From Lophium mytilinum (taxonomy: Eukaryota): DNA of 22,893 bases. The DNA is taken from contig MU004197.1 in the NCBI GenBank assembly GCA_010093605.1, positions 1,426,001-1,448,893 on the forward strand. The letters are read 5' to 3'. A program made the position numbers and the translations under genes. Under the pieces are notes generated by a model. That model made no database searches, was not told the DNA's origin, and worked only from the letters and a program-made list of their open reading frames with translations. Below, piece after piece: positions 10,625 to 21,097 of this stretch (within the stretch, counting starts at the first letter, position 1; every line of letters starts with the position of its first letter).

Positions 10625-11152
10625 TTAATAACGCAGGCAAGGTTTAGAAAGAAAATTAGAATTAGAATTAAAAGAGGTAAGATAAGCCTATTTTTATTAA
10701 AGCTGTTAATAGAGTCTAGGGAACTTAAATAGAAGAATAGGTATAGTAGCTCTCTTTTACTTAAGAGGCTTATAGTATTATTAAGAAGTAATAGAACTCT
10801 TATTAGTCTCTAAAGTATTAGTATCTATATAGTATCTAGTAGAAGAGTTTAAATAGAGAGAGCCTAGTAGAGTATTAACTTTAAGGCTAAAAAGCTTAAA
10901 GTTACTAGCTTCTAATAGTTTTAAGTTCTTAGTAGTATAGCTAGATATTATAGGTAGTAATAATTTATTAAGAGGCTTAAAGAGCGTGTCTTAGAGTAGT
11001 TCTATAAAGAGTAAAAGTAAGCCTAAGTCCTTAAAGTCTTAGATAAGATAAGGGAAATAATAAAGGTTAAGAAAATATAGAAGACGGGCTAGTTAAAGGG
11101 GTCTTAGTTAAAGGGACTAAAGTAATAATAATAATAGAGAAGTAGAAGATAT
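10625..11152 (-). pseudogene. Possible RIP-mutated upstream ORF (~175 codons) in the Copia leader
   Basis: ctactact-ATA-TCT-TCT (de-RIP ccaccaccATG) at 11152, then only ~4 TAA/TAG stops in the first ~120 codons. The frame differs from gag. Confidence 0.4.
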
Positions 11153-11650
11153 AGTAGTAGAGCTAGTATACTTATCTACTCTCTAAATTAGCCTTCTAAA
11201 TTAAAAGGGGCTAGGCGAGCAGGTAGCTAGTTAGATAGCTGTATTACAAAAGGTTAGTAAAGAGAAGGTTAGTATTTTTATAAGGTTAGATAAGATTAGG
11301 CTAGTACGCTAGGCGGAGCCCGCCGCGCTAGCTATATAAATAATACCTAGCGCCTAGCCTCTATACTAGCCCCCTTTATCCGGCCTTATACTAGCCCCTA
11401 AATTTAGCTGCCTGCCTGCCTTCTTTTTATTTCTAGCCTCTAATTTAGGCCTTTAAAATGGGGCTAGAAGTAACTAGGCCTTTCTAGGCTAGCTACTAGG
11501 CGCTAATAGTAATAGCGCCGGTGTAAACTAATATTAGGCTACGCAGCGGAAGCGGCTATAAGGCTGTTAATAGTACCCTTTATTAAATTTACGCTAGAAG
11601 TAGAAGCTTTTCTAGCTAGGTTAGAGGTAACTTAGCTCTAGTTACACTTC

Positions 11651-11663
11651 CGGGCTTATAACC
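11651..11663 (-). other. Copia primer-binding site (internal/half tRNAiMet type)
   Basis: The minus strand reads GGTTATAAGCCCG immediately after the 5' LTR. One G>A reversal gives GGTTATGAGCCC, the Ty5/copia-type PBS. Confidence 0.85.
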
Positions 11664-11837
11664 TATTAAAATTAGTTACATAATATAGATAGTACGTGAG
11701 TATAGATAATAGATTGCATAGTAAGCTATCTATGGGCGAAGCCGTGGCTATATAGCCAGCGCTATAGGGGGCTGGAAGCCTAACCCGTATAGCTACCCAG
11801 CCACCTATTTCCTCGCACCTTGTACCGAATTTTAACA
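11664..11837 (-). repeat. Copia 5' LTR
   Basis: Direct repeat of 3904-4077, followed by TSD CGAGG. Confidence 0.97.
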
Positions 11838-11925
11838 CGAGGAATCCCTCCCCACCAATGTGCGAGTTTAAGTTAAGAACGCAAGATTCAAGAAACCGCG
11901 AAACCGATCGCATTAAACAACAAAA

Positions 11926-12622
11926 AACTTCAATGCGACCCCAATCCGGCCTTCAACTACAGACCCAAGGTTGGTAGATGAACTTTCATAGCGGATACTG
12001 CTTAGAGGCCGTACGGTCAGGTACATCCCCCAAAGCCCTTTCTCATCTCCACACCAACCCATCCACTTACCTCCACCCCAGCGGCAAATCCACCATTCTC
12101 TCCTTCCTCCACCACCTCCTCGACCCAGCCACCCGCACCATCCCCCAAGAACCCCACTCCCTCCCCGGCAGCATCCGCCTAAAACTTGACCCACCCTTCC
12201 TCTGCACCGACGCCCAACTCACCGCCTGCCTCCGCAAAGTCTCCCTGCACACCGCCGTCATCGCGCTCGGCGGCCTCGACGCCCCGCTCGCCGAAAGCGC
12301 GCTCTCGCACGGCCAGCGGCAGCTGCTATCGCTGACGCGCGCGATACTAAAGAAAGAGGCGCAGGGCGCGCGGGTGTTGGTGTTGGATGAGGCGACGAGT
12401 AGTCTGGATCAGGTGACGGAGCGGACGGTGCAGCGGGTATTAAGGGAGGAGTTTAAGGGGTGTATAGTTGTGGCGGTGGCGCATTATATAGAGACGATTG
12501 TGGATTTTAACGAGGTAGTGGTGTTAGTTTTAAAGATAGGGAGGATGGTAGCGAGGGGGCGGCCAAGGGAATTATTAGGGAGGGAGTAGTCGGCGTTTAG
12601 GAGGTTATATAGAGAAGAGTAA
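11926..12622 (+). pseudogene. ABCC/MRP-type ABC transporter C-terminal nucleotide-binding domain fragment
   Basis: RILLRGRTVS|GKST (Walker A, split by a predicted intron at 12021-12081, G>V), IPQEP Q-loop, LSHGQRQL signature, VLVLDEATSSLD Walker B/D-loop and VAHY H-loop. In-frame stops at 11989 and 12587, with a probable original end SAFRRLYREE-TAA at 12620-12622. The segment between Walker A and the Q-loop is shortened and no TMD lies upstream. The 5' limit is uncertain. Confidence 0.88.
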
Positions 12623-13005
12623 GGGGGGGGTTAGTCTAGGGTTTAGGGGGATTTTATATTTATTTACTAGTATTTAAAATACTTACCCTAGACAAGTTTC
12701 TACTTTAGCTTTACGTAAAACTTTTCTTTTTAAATTTATAATAGTAAAAAAAGTTTAGGTTCCCTCTATATTACGTATTGCATATTTATACTATAGTAGG
12801 CGGGTTAAGATGCAGTTTTATTAGTAAGATTTAAGCTAGCCTGCCTATAGTATAGCCCTTAGCTACCTTAGGGATTTATTTATTATATTTAAATAAGTGT
12901 TTAGCGCTTAGCGCTAGTCCCTATATATACTATCTAGATTTATATAAGCGCGTATAGAATTATAGTAAAGATATAATATAATTAAATTTACAGCACCTTA
13001 GAAAT

Positions 13006-13886
13006 ATAACCTAAGAAGGGCCCCTAGAGGCTACTTAAGGCCCTATAAATATTTATATATAGTATTAGAGCTCTATAAGTAGTACTAGCGGCGTTATAGT
13101 AGAATTACGCATTATAACCCCTATTATGCAGTATTATTAATAATAATAATAATAATAACAACACTACTAATAATACTAATAATAACCCTAAAACTAAACC
13201 TACTAACTAAAGACTAAGTAGAATATCTACGCTAATATCTAAGCGCTTATTAAAGAAGCCTATAGTATATAGAACTCCCTATAAAATAAGCCTATATTCT
13301 TTAACCCTAAGATAAATAACGCCCTTAAGCACCTCTAGAACTTTACTAGGCGTGTACTAGCTAGCCTCTTAGGTACTATAGAGAACCTATAATAAATACT
13401 ATAGAGAAAGATAATAAAAATAATAGAGGAAATATAGAAGGGCGTATAGGTACTATCTACGCAAGAAATAACCTACACAGTAGTAGCGGCGGTAGAAAGA
13501 AATAGTAAGACTATAGAAAATAGAAAGTATATAATATAGACTACCTATAAAATTACTATATATATTAAGAATAAGAAGAAACGCGCCGTAATAAATAAGG
13601 ACTTAAATGTAACTATTACCTATAAGCTCTAAGTAGTAGAAGAGCCTAATATAATAAAGATCTATAGTATTAGAAAGCTCTAGAGTAGAGATATAAAGGC
13701 CTATATACTAGATATAACCGCTAAGAAAGCCCTATTAAAAAAGAAGAAATAGATAAAGGTTCTAGGTAAAATAGTATAAATCTAACTATCTAAGGTCCTC
13801 CTAGAGGTGCATAGAGTACCTAAAGAGATAGACCTAGAGAACCTAATACTATAAAGTAGTATTATATAAAATAATAAGGCACTATA
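13006..13886 (+). mobile_element. Tad1-like LINE, ORF1 (gag-like) 5' part, RIP-mutated; 5' UTR probably extends upstream toward ~12700
   Basis: One frame from ATA at 13006: (TAA)n tract, TYTVVAA (<TYAAVAA), RKL*SRDIK (<LxSGD), VLLEVHRVP (<VHGVP). It continues in frame at 21098 once the Gypsy and one TSD copy are removed. Confidence 0.85.
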
Positions 13887-14122
13887 TATTAGGTTTATAG
13901 CTAAGAAAAGGGTTATATTACTATTAATAAGGTTGCATAGAGAGGAGAGAGGCTCTAGCTATAAGCTTGCTATATAGTTGTGTAAGCGCCGGTAGAACCC
14001 TAGGCGCCGGCAGAACCCTAGGCGCTAGAAGAACCCTCAGCCTAAAGATTATATAACGTCCGTGCATGTAATAACCCCTAGCCTTAATAACTACTAAGAG
14101 AATGCTAAGAAATAATATAACA
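13887..14122 (-). repeat. Gypsy 3' LTR (contains 3 x 18-bp repeat gcgccggtagaaccctag at 13986-14039)
   Basis: Ungapped match to 20857-21092, with 19 differences counted by eye, all transitions. Confidence 0.97.
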
Positions 14123-14189
14123 CGTACCTCCCCTTTTTAAAAACTAAGCTTCTATAAGAACTATAGAGAGAGACTTACTATTAAACTTA

Positions 14190-17100
14190 TATATTAGATA
14201 GCTAATATAGGCGTAGCTCTGCGTATAGATAGAGCGTGCTAATAAAACTAGTGCGGGTAGGCGTCCTTATTTAATTCTACTATCTAATGGCGGCGCAGAA
14301 TCTTAGATTATACTAGACTATTATAATAATATAGTAACGTTCCGGAGGTTCTACTATATAGGTAGAGTCTAGTTCTTTAGTTTAATAAAGTAAGCAGGCG
14401 GCTTTAGTTTCTATAGGCTGTAATAGTAGAAGTTAAAGACCTTATAGAGGTAGCCCTTAAGATTTCTAAATAGTTACTAGAATCTATATAGTTATACACT
14501 GCTAATATAGTAGACCTTATATTAGATATTATTATTCTTAACGCGTAAGTTAATAATTTAGGCGACCGTAAACTCTTCCACTAGCTTATTATTATTGTCT
14601 TATTAGATTAGCTCCGGTAGTAGCATAGGCTTAGGCCTATTCTATCCTTTAATAGGCTTAGAAGTATTAAGTTAGAGTAGTAATAGGTAAAAGACGTTAT
14701 ATATCTTTATATTAGACGGTAGGTCTAATTAGAAGGCCGCGCCCTAATTAATAACCTTATTAATATAGAAAGGGCCTATAAACTTATTATCTAGGGCCTT
14801 CTTAGCGCGGTCTAGCTTAATATTCTTAGCGTTAAGCTAGACTATATTATTAACGCGTATATTAGCGGCTGTATTATAGTATTAGTTAGCTTAGTAGGCT
14901 TATTTCTCTTAAGCCTATATAATGCAGTTCTATAGATAGACCTTAATATTCTTTAAATGTTTAGCTATATTATTAGCTAGTTCCCGTTTAATTTCCTTAT
15001 TCTTAGATATCTTTTTATTCTTAATAGTAGGCGGCTTAAGCTCTAAGCGAGGGTTATAGCCGTAATTAGTAAAGAATAGAGATAGTTCTATTATAGCTAA
15101 GATATAAGTATTAGCTACTAGTTCTATAGAGGGTAATAGGTTATACTAATTATTCTATATATAGTTAATATAGGCTTATAGGTATTTCTTTATATTAGCG
15201 TTAGCAATTTCTATCTAACTATCTATTTCCGGGTAAAAAGTAGTAGATGTATTAAGCGATAATTATAACTACTAGTAGAGGTATTACTAAAACTTAAAGA
15301 TAAACTATATACCTAGATTGCTAGTAATAGACGCAGGTAGCCTATAGAGTTAATAGATCTATTAGAAATAGACTTTAGTAAGCTTATCTACTTCTAGTAA
15401 TATAATAGCAAGGAAATAGCGTTTCTTAAATAACCTATTAATTATAATAAGTATATAGTAATACTTACGGCTGTAACGCTTATAGATAGGCAAGTCGACT
15501 ACGTAGTCTATCGTAATGTCGCGCCAGCGGTAGAGAGGAACGGGCAAGGGGCGGAGAAAGCCTTACTTAGCGAAGTTAGAAGGTTTAATATTATAACAAT
15601 ATTAGTAAGCGTTAATATATTTTATAATTAATTTAGTAAACCTAGGCTAGTAGTAGTTTAGATAAATGCGCTAGAGGCAGTCTATATAGCCTCTATAGCC
15701 TGCGCTAGTATAGTTATAGCCTAGTTATATAATTCTAAGCTAGAGTGCAGCTAATTATAGAATAAATAGTTATTAAGAGTCCTTATAAAGGACCTATAGC
15801 TTATTATTAGTAACTTTTAATTTACTTATTAATAGTTAGACGCGCTTATTCTTTAGGATATCGCGTGGAAGCTTCTAATTACCGCGTTACTTAAGTACTA
15901 TAATATAGTGGACTAGGTAGTTATCTAATATATTATCTAGGTTATTACCGCTATTCTAGAAAGCGCTTTTATCTATATTATAGGCCTCCTTAATAAGCTT
16001 ATATAGTAGTTAGGTGTAATTTACTTCTATAACGCCTATAGTGTAGAGGTGGAGCTCTTTTAATACTTCTAAGGCGAGGTTCTTTATCTTAATTACAGTT
16101 TACTATTAAAATAGGAATTGTTTATTATTATTAGATTAGGGAAGGTCCTAGCTGCAACGCGTAAGACTATCTAGTTTAGTTCTAAGGCGTCCAGGTTAAT
16201 ATATTAGGATGTAGTTAATTTCTAAAAGAATCTAAAGCTATCGCATCTATTACTAGTTAAGCTGCTGCATAGTTATAAAGTATAGCAGATTTTAGTAATC
16301 TATTAATACTTAGATAGGGTTATAGTGTCTATTGCTCTAGCACTATAGTTTCTATTCCTTAAAAGTAAGGATAACGGCGAGCAACTCTTTATTATAAATC
16401 TTATAGTTGCACTCCGCCAGTATTATCTTATAAGAGTAGAAAGTAACTAGGTACTATATTCTATTATTATAGAGCTATAAGAACACGCCTATAGTAATAT
16501 AATCTAACACGTCTATTTTAATACATAATTTCCAGTTAGAATTAAAGTGCTTAAGGTAGAGTGCGGTAGTAAACGCCGTTTTAAGGTTGTTAAAGGCTTT
16601 CTAATAGCTTAATATCTATTTAAAATAGATGCGTCCGTTTAGTCCTTTTCTAGAGAGATTAGTAAGTAGTTTATATAGTTGTAAGAAACCTTATATAAAG
16701 CGTCTATAGAAGTTAGCTAGGCCTAAGAAGGCCTAAATATCTTTAAGGCAGGTAGGAGTAGCCTATTCTATAATAGCTTTAACTTTCTCTAGGTCTATCT
16801 TAACACTATTAGTAGTAATAATAAGTCTAAGGTATTTAATACGCTTAATAAGGAATTCGCATTTATTAATATTAAGATATAGGCCGGCCTTACGCAGCTA
16901 ATCTAGGACTTTCTATATGTGCGCAACGTGCTTCTCTTCTATACTATCTATAAATACTAATATATTATCTATATATACTAAGTAGAAGTTATCTAGATAC
17001 TTATAGAGGACGTTATTAATAAACGTCTAGAAGGTGCCGGGGCCGTTGCATATACTAAATCCTAAGACTTTAGATTAAAACATTCTATAGTATATAATAA

Positions 17101-18300
17101 AAGCTATTTTCTATTTATTGCTAGGTTTAATACGCACGCGATTAAAAGCGGAAATAATATCTAATTTAGTATACTATTTAGCTTTATAGAGATAGTTAAG
17201 CGTCTTCTAGATAATTAGAATTAGGTATTAATTCTTTACAGTAATAGCGTTAAGGCCGCGGTAGTTAACGCAGAACTAGTAAGTTCTATCTAGTTTCTTA
17301 ATAAGTAGCACGGGTGCGTGCGTAGAAGAATTACTATTTTTAATAAACCTATTACTAAGCAGCTTCTAGAGCTTATTATAGATAATGCAGTTCTTCTTCT
17401 TTAAGACGGCTTAGGTTTTATATTTAGGTAGTAGAGCATCTAGCTATAGAAGGATAGTGTAGTTATAGTTCCGGTATAGGGGTAGATTTTCTACTTCCTA
17501 TTATAACTATAAGTTAACCTAAGGGTAGAAGTGTTTATCTAATTACTTCTATAGTTTATTAGATAAATATATTCTGCGCTCCTTTATAAACTTATTATAT
17601 TTATTAATAGAGAGGGCGTAGAGCTTAAGTATGCTATTATCCTCCGGGACGCTAATAACATGCCTAATCGCGGGCGTATTAAATAAGGAGTTGTCCGGCT
17701 TAGGTATAAACTCTAGTCCGTGGATCTAAATAAGGTTCTTAGGCTTAGCGCGTTAAATATAGTATTCTATTAAACTAATAGATGTTGCGAATAAGAACGT
17801 GGACTAAAGCTTATCGGGCCTAGCGGTATATAATAGGGCTCCCTTATAGTAGATCTTAGCTAGTACGCTATTATAATAATAGTATAGATTACGGCATTAT
17901 AATTAGTAGAAGTAGAAGCTCTTCTTAATAAAGTTAATCTCTAGATTATAGATTTTATGCTAATTAGTTTTAAGAACCACGGGTACATGTTCTAGGTCTA
18001 CTATATAGTAGACTAGTTACTCCGTATAGAAGCCTATAGTAATATTAATAATTGCCGCGTGCATAATAGATTAAGTAGAATTAGAATTATTAATATATAT
18101 TAGGTAGCAAGGTAAATTAAGAAAAATATAATGTATTTTATATTTACGCGTAAATAATTAATTAATAAAAGAGGATGTTGCACTATTATTAGATAGAGAG
18201 TAAGTATAAATAATTTAATTACTGTCTAATACTATAGAATAAGAAAGCAAGTACTAACTACCTTTCTTTAGCTAGAGCTTTATAATGTTGTACTAAGTAC
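14190..18300 (-). pseudogene. Gypsy pol (PR-RT-RH-IN-chromodomain), RIP-inactivated
   Basis: PR LSNNSATSSFIN (<LxDxGA..SFID, ~18165-18205); RT FCVNYRGLNAIT (~17240-17278) and VYIDNILVF (<YxDD, ~16950-16985); RH IKIDVLDY (<ETDASDY) and ECNYKIYNKELLA (~16376-16415); IN RWRDITIDYVVDLP (ORF 15362-15547) and FIGPF (~14770); chromodomain EEFTVA*IINLRVK..YKV..F**LFRNL..FNFY..KLKP (14400-14578). Ends are approximate. Confidence 0.93.
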
Positions 18301-18699
18301 GCGTAATAGCTGTAGTAGAAATATAAAGTTCCGGCTAGTTCTTATTATTCTTAATATACTTAAGGACTTTCTATAGCTAAAAGGGGGTATTAAATTAGGG
18401 CAGGGGTTTTACTACCTTCTTTATTTAGTAGTTTTTAGGTGTTTTATATTTAGTGCCCCTATAATAGCTTTTATATAGTTTCCGCGTTTTCCTTTATAGT
18501 TCTAGAAGGTTGTTAGTAGAAATAGAGTTGCCGCGCTTAGAGAAAGTTAGTATAGAATAGGGGGTAGATAACAGGGTTAATAACGGGGTTAATAACGGGG
18601 TATATTTTAGTTTATAATTAATTATAATAGGTCCTTAGGCGCGACTATGCTTAAGAACTACTTATTTTTCTGGCCGGAAAATATAGTATTAGTAGCGCG

Positions 18700-20590
18700 G
18701 AAAGAAAGGCCGCTAGTTGTCTAGATAGAGAAGTTTTAAAGAGGATAGTTATTATTAACCGCGTGATAACTAACGCAGCGGTAGTAGTTATACGCGCCCG
18801 CTGCGCGCGTCCTCTCTTTATTAGCTTTAGTAAGCTTACTAATACTCTAGATATATACTAGTTTATCCGCCGGATTTATAGCGCGCAAGCGTTATTCTAT
18901 ACTAGCCGCGGCTATAATAGTAGGGGCGCGCGGAGTACTTAATAAAGTTATTAAGAAAGTTATTATAGTTGCGGTTGTAGTATTAGCACCTATAGCAGGC
19001 GTAGATAAGTAGCCGCTATAACTGCAACTACGGCCGCGGGTTAACTAAGTAGTTATAGTTAATGCGGTAGTCTAACAGGGCTAGAAGATAAGGGTATTAT
19101 ACTTCTTAGCTTACTAGAAGGCTATATCCTATATATCTATAGTATAAACGTATTATATAAAGTTATTAAAGCGATTATATATTACGCTGTTAATAAGCTT
19201 AGATTATAGGTGGGGAGTAAGGCGTGTCTTAAATTAGTAGATAAGCTTAGCTAGCCTCTAGTTAAGATTACTAATAATATTAAGAAAGTAGTTATAGAAG
19301 GTTATAAATAAGTTATTGCCTATATAGAGGGTCTTAAGTTATATTAGTGCTTTAGCCTTAATATTATATTTGCTATAGCTATTATTAAGAGAGTAAAGGG
19401 CGTTAGTCTTATTATAGATAATATAATTACGGCGCTGTACCTAGATGCGTTTAAAGGGTCCGCCTAATAGAACACTCTTAATATAGTTAAGCTTATAGCT
19501 ATCTATCTCTTTAGAAAAGGCGTGGTGGATCTTAGTAAGAACTTTACTGCGCTAGATTAGGTATGCGTTAAGGTCCTCTCTATTAAATATAACCGGATCC
19601 GGCTAGCGGTAATTACGCTAGTATATTAATAACGGCTAAGTATATAGTAGGGTATAGCTATTATAGTAGCTATTATTATAATATTAGTTGTCTAAGCGCT
19701 TATTATATAGAGAGGTAGAGTAACGGGCCTAATTACCGCCGCCGCGCAGGTTCGCGTTTAGTATAGAAGAAGTGTAGCTAGGCTCTATATAGCTATTAGA
19801 GCCATTACAACTATAGTTATTAGGCCTACCTAGTAGTTATCCTCTAGTCCTGCCGTTTATCCGCTAATAGTTAACATCGTTGTTGCGCCGCTTATTATTA
19901 TTGAAATAAATAGGTCCTTTAGGCGTTATCTTAGCAGGCTTAGACTATTATTATTATTAGAGGTTATATGCGTAAGCCTAGGCAGCCTAGAGGCTAAGAT
20001 TAGAATTATTAAGCTAGACTTTTAGGTCTCTAATAGTCTTATCTATATTATTAAACCGCTTATAGAGGTTTATAGACGTGTTCTTCTATTTCTCTAAGCC
20101 GGCGCCGTAGTTATTAATATAGATATTAGTACTCTTAACTAGAGCGCGCAGTAGTTTAAAGGCTTTAAGCGGCTTAGAATTTACCTATTAATAGAACTTA
20201 AATAAGTTCTAGAATATAGTGCCTTCTAGCTTTATAGTTAGGTCCTTAATATTATGCAAGTCTAGAAGGAGGTTAAAGGTAATAGGGCTTTTAGTATTCT
20301 AGTTCTAGAAGTCTATACTAATAGTATAGGAGTCCTAGGTATTAAGGGCCTCCGCAATAGCTATATTAAGTAGCTCGCTAACGCGTTTACGCCGCTTAGT
20401 AAGATAGTTTTATTAATTCTTTATATATAAGGCTAAGCGGTTAAGGTCTACTTATAGTGCTTTCTTATCTACTTTCTTAAAGATATTGCTCTAAGTATAG
20501 TTCTATATCTTATTAAAGTTCTAGTAACTAACCCCCCCCTTACCTTATAGAATGTTAGAGTTATAGGGTTACCCACCGGGCGTATTAATA
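18700..20590 (-). pseudogene. Gypsy gag region, RIP-inactivated
   Basis: Positioned between the 5' LTR leader and the protease. Contains FNREDLNAYLI*RSK (<FDGxD..YPxW..K, ~19540-19590) and a degenerate Cys/His knuckle at ~18743-18795. Boundaries are approximate. Confidence 0.65.
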
Positions 20591-20856
20591 TAGTTAGTTA
20601 TACCTAGTTACTTATAGTAAGGCCTAGGCTTTATGCAGGTATAGAAAATAAGGAGAGAGTATTAGAGTAAGTAAGTAAGTAAGTAGAAAAAGGAAACGTA
20701 TTAGTTTTAATATTAGTAATTAAGTAATTATATAGCTAAATCTTAAAGCTAGCAGCGCCTATATAGGCGCGCGCGCACGGTGGTGCAGCTATATAAAAAG
20801 AAATTAAGGTTTCTATATTTCTATATTTCTAGGTTTTAAAGAATAACGTAACCTAG

Positions 20857-21092
20857 TATTAGGTTTATAGCTAAGAAAAGGGTTATATTACTATTAATAA
20901 GGTTGCGTAGAAAGAAGAGAGGCTCTAGCTATAAGCTTACTATATAGTTATATAAGCGCCGGTAGAACCCCAGGCGCCGGTAGAACCCCGGGCGCTAGAA
21001 GAACCCTCGGCCCGAAGATTACGTAACGTCCGTGCACGTAATAACCCCTAGCCTTAATAACTACTAAAAGAATGCTAAGGAATAATATAATA
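20857..21092 (-). repeat. Gypsy 5' LTR
   Basis: Direct repeat of 13887-14122, followed by TSD CTATA. Confidence 0.97.
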
Positions 21093-21097
21093 CTATA

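Larger units (their letters stand above)
3904..11837 (-). mobile_element. Full-length RIP-inactivated Ty1/Copia LTR retrotransposon (7934 bp)
   Basis: Two 174-bp direct LTRs, outer ends TGTTG..AACA, 5-bp TSD CGAGG at 3899-3903 and 11838-11842. PBS lies next to the right LTR and PPT next to the left LTR. Minus-strand domain order is gag-PR-IN-RT-RH. Confidence 0.97.
13887..21092 (-). mobile_element. Full-length RIP-inactivated Ty3/Gypsy chromovirus (7206 bp) nested in LINE ORF1
   Basis: 236-bp LTRs at 13887-14122 and 20857-21092. TSD CTATA at 13882-13886 and 21093-21097. PPT AAAAAGGGGAGG (minus strand, 14127-14138). Minus-strand order is gag-PR-RT-RH-IN-chromodomain. Confidence 0.97.

Noticed and set aside
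11656..11913. 85-aa minus ORF
   Set aside because: It runs through the Copia LTR and flank and is a chance ORF.
11978..12081. ATG 11978 as the start of an intact 203-aa ABC protein
   Set aside because: The N-terminal part reads through a predicted intron, and the true Walker A first half (GRT) is in another frame.
12631..12650. ttagtctagggtttaggggg as a telomeric relic
   Set aside because: Only one exact TTAGGG, in G-rich, RIP-affected sequence.
14341..14400. YFIKLKN* as part of a chromodomain with a large insertion, or a second chromodomain
   Set aside because: A complete chromodomain already reads through 14578-14400; this is the C-terminal tail.
20666..20686. (AGTA)n microsatellite in the Gypsy leader
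   Set aside because: A short simple repeat, probably shaped by RIP, with no further structure.
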